Shown here: positions 57,075 to 60,558 of the stretch, in pieces
Layout of the letters: the number at the start of each line of letters is the position of its first letter
How positions within the stretch are numbered: position 1 is the first letter of the stretch
IMG/VR virus record: IMGVR_UViG_3300035395_000108
Coordinates: 1 to 60,558 of that record
Length of the DNA stretch: 60,558 bases
Reading direction: 5' to 3' (one strand)
Source of the DNA: a virus
Taxonomy: Duplodnaviria > Caudoviricetes
Position numbers and translations under genes: made by a program
Notes under the pieces: model-generated
Database searches by the model: none
Told to the model about the DNA's origin: nothing
The model's input: the letters and a program-made list of their open reading frames with translations, nothing else

Positions 57075-57383
57075 ATGGCTAAAGGAATGGCGGATATATT
57101 TGGTAAAGGTGCTGGCGGTGCAGGTGCTGGCGGTGGAATGGATTTTGGTTCCCCAACTTTACCAGGTGATGAAGGAATGGACGAAGGAATGGATACGGAA
57201 GACGAAGAACCGCAAGGTGATTTAGCTTCTGCACTAGCGACAGCCGGTTATCCAAATGTTACACCTGACCAGATATCTCAGATTGAAGCAATCTTGGGTG
57301 CACCTGGTGGTGGAATGGAAGATATGGGAATGGAAGAAGGTATGGGTGATATGGGTGGCGAAATGCCCCCAATGCCTATGTAA
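57075..57383 (+). CDS. Gly/Met/acidic low-complexity protein
   Basis: AAGGAG RBS; GMD/GME repeats. Confidence 0.65.
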   Translation: MAKGMADIFGKGAGGAGAGGGMDFGSPTLPGDEGMDEGMDTEDEEPQGDLASALATAGYPNVTPDQISQIEAILGAPGGGMEDMGMEEGMGDMGGEMPPMPM

Positions 57384-57427
57384 TTTTAATTAATTTTTGG
57401 AAATAATACCAACCATTGAAAACTACT

Positions 57428-57466
57428 AAGAAACCTCAGCTATTTAAAGTTGAGGTTTTTCTTTTA
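57428..57466. terminator. Bidirectional intrinsic terminator between convergent operons
   Basis: AAGAAACCTCAGC-TATTTAAA-GTTGAGGTTTTTCTTTT. Confidence 0.75.
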
Positions 57467-58756
57467 CTCTTCATAAGTTATTAAAACAGCAATAGGCCTA
57501 CTACGCACATCCGTGCCACCTACTTTTACAACAACATTAGTGTTATCGACCCAACTTCTATACTCTTTATTAGCCTCAGTACATTGCGGAGAATACCTAT
57601 TATTTGAGGCATCTGTAACCAGTACATCTATAGCAAGTATTTTACTAGCAGTCAATCCATGGGCTATATTTACAGATGCCCCGTCAGTTGAACCTGTTGT
57701 CCCGGTTACTTTTTTCATTTTTATTGCTGGTGAACCTGAGCCTAGGGTGGCGTACCCAGCAGCAGATATAATAAAGTTGGTAGAACCACCGGTAACAACT
57801 TTAAATTTACCATCAACCTTTTCGCACGCCATTATTATATCATTGTTTCCTGTGGAACCAACACCGAAGTACCCTAGAGCATCGTCCGCAGAATCATAGA
57901 ATCGTAGGTAAGGGGAGGCTGCGACACCTGCGGAAGTTCCTTTTAGTTTTATATTATTACCATTTCCGGTAAATGTTACATCAATAAGTGTCCGATATCT
58001 TAAATCTAGTGTACCAACATTAGCGATAGACGTTGCAGTTACTGTTGATGCAGACGGTGCAACAATAGACCCCGTATCACTTATTGTCATACTACTAACC
58101 CAAGCGTTACTACTATTTCTTGTCTCTATTATTAACGAGCCACCATAACCGCTACCACCGCCAGTATATGTAGAATATAATCTTGCTCTAGTATTTTCAC
58201 CAATACCTCCTGTAGACGAGTACAATGTTGATAAAAATGTAGCGTTAACCATATTTTTCAAGTATCTAATATCCATTGCACTAATATTTAAAAGGTAGTC
58301 GCTATCCGAAACATCAATTGCAGCCGAACTTTTAGGGATACCAAGCATGTTTATATAACCATTAGTTGTTGACAGTCTAATACCTGCACCATCCACACCA
58401 TTATATAAATAAGTTTCATCTGTACCGGATGAAGCTTGACCTACCCTACCCTGCACGACATCATTATTGTCAACAAAATCTATATATGTAGAATTAAGGG
58501 TGCCTACTGCCAATCCTTTACATATTATAGCCCGTGAACGTTTAAAAGTCTTAAGCCCTTCAACATCTTCGGTAGCCTCTAACGTCATTGGGGTTGCACC
58601 AACATCACATCTATAGTTAGTATTGGTTGTTGATGGCTCACTCAATGTTATATTAGCAATATTCACTAACAATGTGTATAGTGACCTGTCATGTGTCACT
58701 GTATCATTTATAGCCCCACTTCCAACCAATGTTGACCACTCGCCTAAATATGCCAT
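57464..58756 (-). CDS. Tail fibre-like protein
   Basis: Gly/Ser/Thr beta-rich; repeated D.RY; C-terminal KMKKVTGTT...IAHGL...VLITYEE. Confidence 0.7.
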   Translation of the reverse strand: MAYLGEWSTLVGSGAINDTVTHDRSLYTLLVNIANITLSEPSTTNTNYRCDVGATPMTLEATEDVEGLKTFKRSRAIICKGLAVGTLNSTYIDFVDNNDVVQGRVGQASSGTDETYLYNGVDGAGIRLSTTNGYINMLGIPKSSAAIDVSDSDYLLNISAMDIRYLKNMVNATFLSTLYSSTGGIGENTRARLYSTYTGGGSGYGGSLIIETRNSSNAWVSSMTISDTGSIVAPSASTVTATSIANVGTLDLRYRTLIDVTFTGNGNNIKLKGTSAGVAASPYLRFYDSADDALGYFGVGSTGNNDIIMACEKVDGKFKVVTGGSTNFIISAAGYATLGSGSPAIKMKKVTGTTGSTDGASVNIAHGLTASKILAIDVLVTDASNNRYSPQCTEANKEYRSWVDNTNVVVKVGGTDVRSRPIAVLITYEE

Positions 58757-58768
58757 ATTAATCTCCTT

Positions 58769-60388
58769 TTATGGTTCTATATAACCTAGAACTAACATTT
58801 TATGTGAATTTCTATATTTTGCATCAGTACCAGAGGTTTTGTAGACAAATCGTTGTCCAAAAATAAAAGGTACCGTTAGCATAGTATCCCTGAATGTGTC
58901 AACTACACCGCCAACATAAGCAACGGTATGTAACCCACCATCTTCAAACAGTTCGTTAAATCCAAAAGGGGTCTTTAAATAACTTCCCACAGAGTTATTT
59001 ATAACTATAGCGGTAGCTAGTGGGCTTATATGACCATGACAATTTACAGTAGTCCCTGTAGTAACCGCTCCAGTTGGCACAGTTGTGTATATATTTACAC
59101 TCCTGGTGCCGACATGTGTACCAGTGTCAGCAAAATTCATTATAGCCGCAGTATCAAAATAAACAGAACCGCAGTAGTGAAAATACTTTGCATCCGGGGC
59201 AGGTAGGACATAATCAAACTCACTGATAGTTCCAGCTTCCTCAACAGTTATGGATTCATTATCTGCTGCTGTTATTTTAGTAATCCTCCCAGACGGGTGG
59301 TTTGTTCGTGTACCAGGAAACGTTTCGCTACATATTAATATCTCTTTACCAATAAGGGCACTAGTGTCCCAAGATAAATTTGCTTTATTACCTATACCTG
59401 TGTAATCTCTCCCCATGTATTGGGCTAAAAACAACTTATTACCTGATACACTATGAACTCTTAGAAAAGGCACCGTTCTATAAAAACATGTCTGGTTGGG
59501 TCTGTCATCATTTATACAAGCGAACGCTGCGAACCAAGTATTTTGCTGTAAAATATCAAAATAGTCTCTGTTTGCTACAGCTAAAGTTGCAACCCCTGCA
59601 TTACCGGAGCCACCACTTAATTCAATATTGTTTTTTACTAATAATTCACTCTTTTTAGAAACAGTCCCATTAAATCTAAACCCATCCATAATAAAATAAT
59701 CACCATAAACATAAAAATCATAAGTGCCCCTAAAAACTAGTTTTGTTCTGGGCATTTGTGGTGAGTTATTATCTACACTATTTTTTACCCAGCAACCTAG
59801 TCCAATTCCGGCACTGTACCAAGAATTAACTAATGAAGAATTACCTCAATCACTTGGAAACACTTTATCTGGGTCAACAATTGTTACCCCGTTATGTAAA
59901 GATTTATTTTTACTAGCATCCCAAACAAATATACCACCGCCTCCATCGCCTTGAGAGTTATACCCAAGTAATGTTACCGCAGAAACAGCTGTTGGTGCTG
60001 ATAAAAGTTCAACCATGGTTGTGGCATAAAAGGTTGTATCCCCCGAGCCTCCTGTAACCTCTACCCAGGCGGCATTTTTTCTACCATAAATTTTATCATC
60101 AGATAATGCGTCAGATAGTTTACCACTCCAAACGCCTTTTTCTATATCTGTTACAAACCTATTATCAGCGTCAGTTACAATAATACTAGCTGGATGAGTT
60201 GCTGGATGCGTATAATTGTTAGCATACATCTCTATAGAGTCAAGTTTAACTCTGTCAAAACTAGTAAATACGTTTCCGTCTTTTTTACCTAGTTCATCTA
60301 TTTTCTCCATAGCTTCCCAATATAGTGTAGCCCAGTTATCCTGGCCGTTTTCTATCAAAGGTATCTTTAAGTTTTTCGTTCTTCTCAT
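58769..60388 (-). CDS. Tail spike/fibre gene interrupted by one in-frame TGA at 59846-59848 (ORF-track entries 59846..60388 and 58769..59755 are one frame)
   Basis: YTHPATHPASII fibre motif; GY..QGDGGGGIFVWD tailspike head-domain motif; frame continues FPSD*GNSSLVNSWYSAGIGLGCWVK...PQMPRTK; no RBS before 59755. Confidence 0.75.
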
Positions 60389-60421
60389 GTTTCACCACCT
60401 ATACAATATGTTATTACTACA

Positions 60422-60451
60422 AATATACCACGTATACCCGCTTATTAACAA
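60422..60451 (-). promoter_or_regulatory. Candidate promoter for the tail spike genes
   Basis: TTGTTA-18-TATATT with TGn extension on the minus strand. Confidence 0.5.
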
Positions 60452-60462
60452 GGTTAGCAAGT

Positions 60463-60558
60463 CTATTCTTCGTAGGTGATTAACACCTTAATTGATTTAC
60501 TAGTTGCAATAGTTGTGGCTGAAGCTCCTAAAATCACGTCAACATTTGTTGCACCATA
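60463..60558 (-). CDS. 3' end of a further tail-fibre paralogue, truncated by the window edge
   Basis: Translates YGATNVDVILGASATTIATSKSIKVLITYEE*, matching the C-terminus of 57464..58756. Confidence 0.75.
   Translation of the reverse strand, partial: YGATNVDVILGASATTIATSKSIKVLITYEE

Noticed and set aside
2582-60479. The many 60-146 aa ORFs antisense to or nested in long genes
   Set aside because: They are shadows of real genes, without RBS or motifs, and have biased Ser/Leu/Phe composition.
1-60558. Genome-wide UGA reassignment (code 4 or 25)
   Set aside because: Long genes are intact in the standard code, and TGA ends many genes in ATGA overlaps (4056, 8245, 8739, 34301, 40324, 45364). 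Only one internal TGA was found.
57464-60558. Diversity-generating retroelement or invertase shufflon acting on the fibres
   Set aside because: No reverse transcriptase, template/variable repeat pair, recombinase or inverted crossover sites were seen in the window.

Overview
This window is most of the genome of an AT-rich, tailed dsDNA bacteriophage, podovirus-like (short tail with large ejection proteins). The right end cuts through a tail-fibre gene, so the genome is incomplete. Layout: (1) 1-4.2 kb, small early genes including acidic tandem paralogues joined by a repeated RBS/junction motif. (2) About 970 bp of non-coding DNA flanked by 35-bp direct repeats, with its own promoter and a structured RNA candidate (probable origin region). 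(3) Replication and nucleotide genes: D5/SF3 helicase, MazG-like, ThyX-like, family A DNA polymerase, SSB candidate, Cas4/RecB-like nuclease, SNF2 helicase and RuvC. An amidase/M15 endolysin preceded by a tRNA-like element lies among them. (4) Ejection proteins, tail adaptor and nozzle. (5) A minus-strand TerL-portal-scaffold-HU block. (6) AntA antirepressor and probable major capsid on the plus strand. (7) Minus-strand tail fibre/spike genes, one split by a single in-frame UGA followed by a hairpin. All functional calls come from motifs read by eye; no database search or folding program was run.
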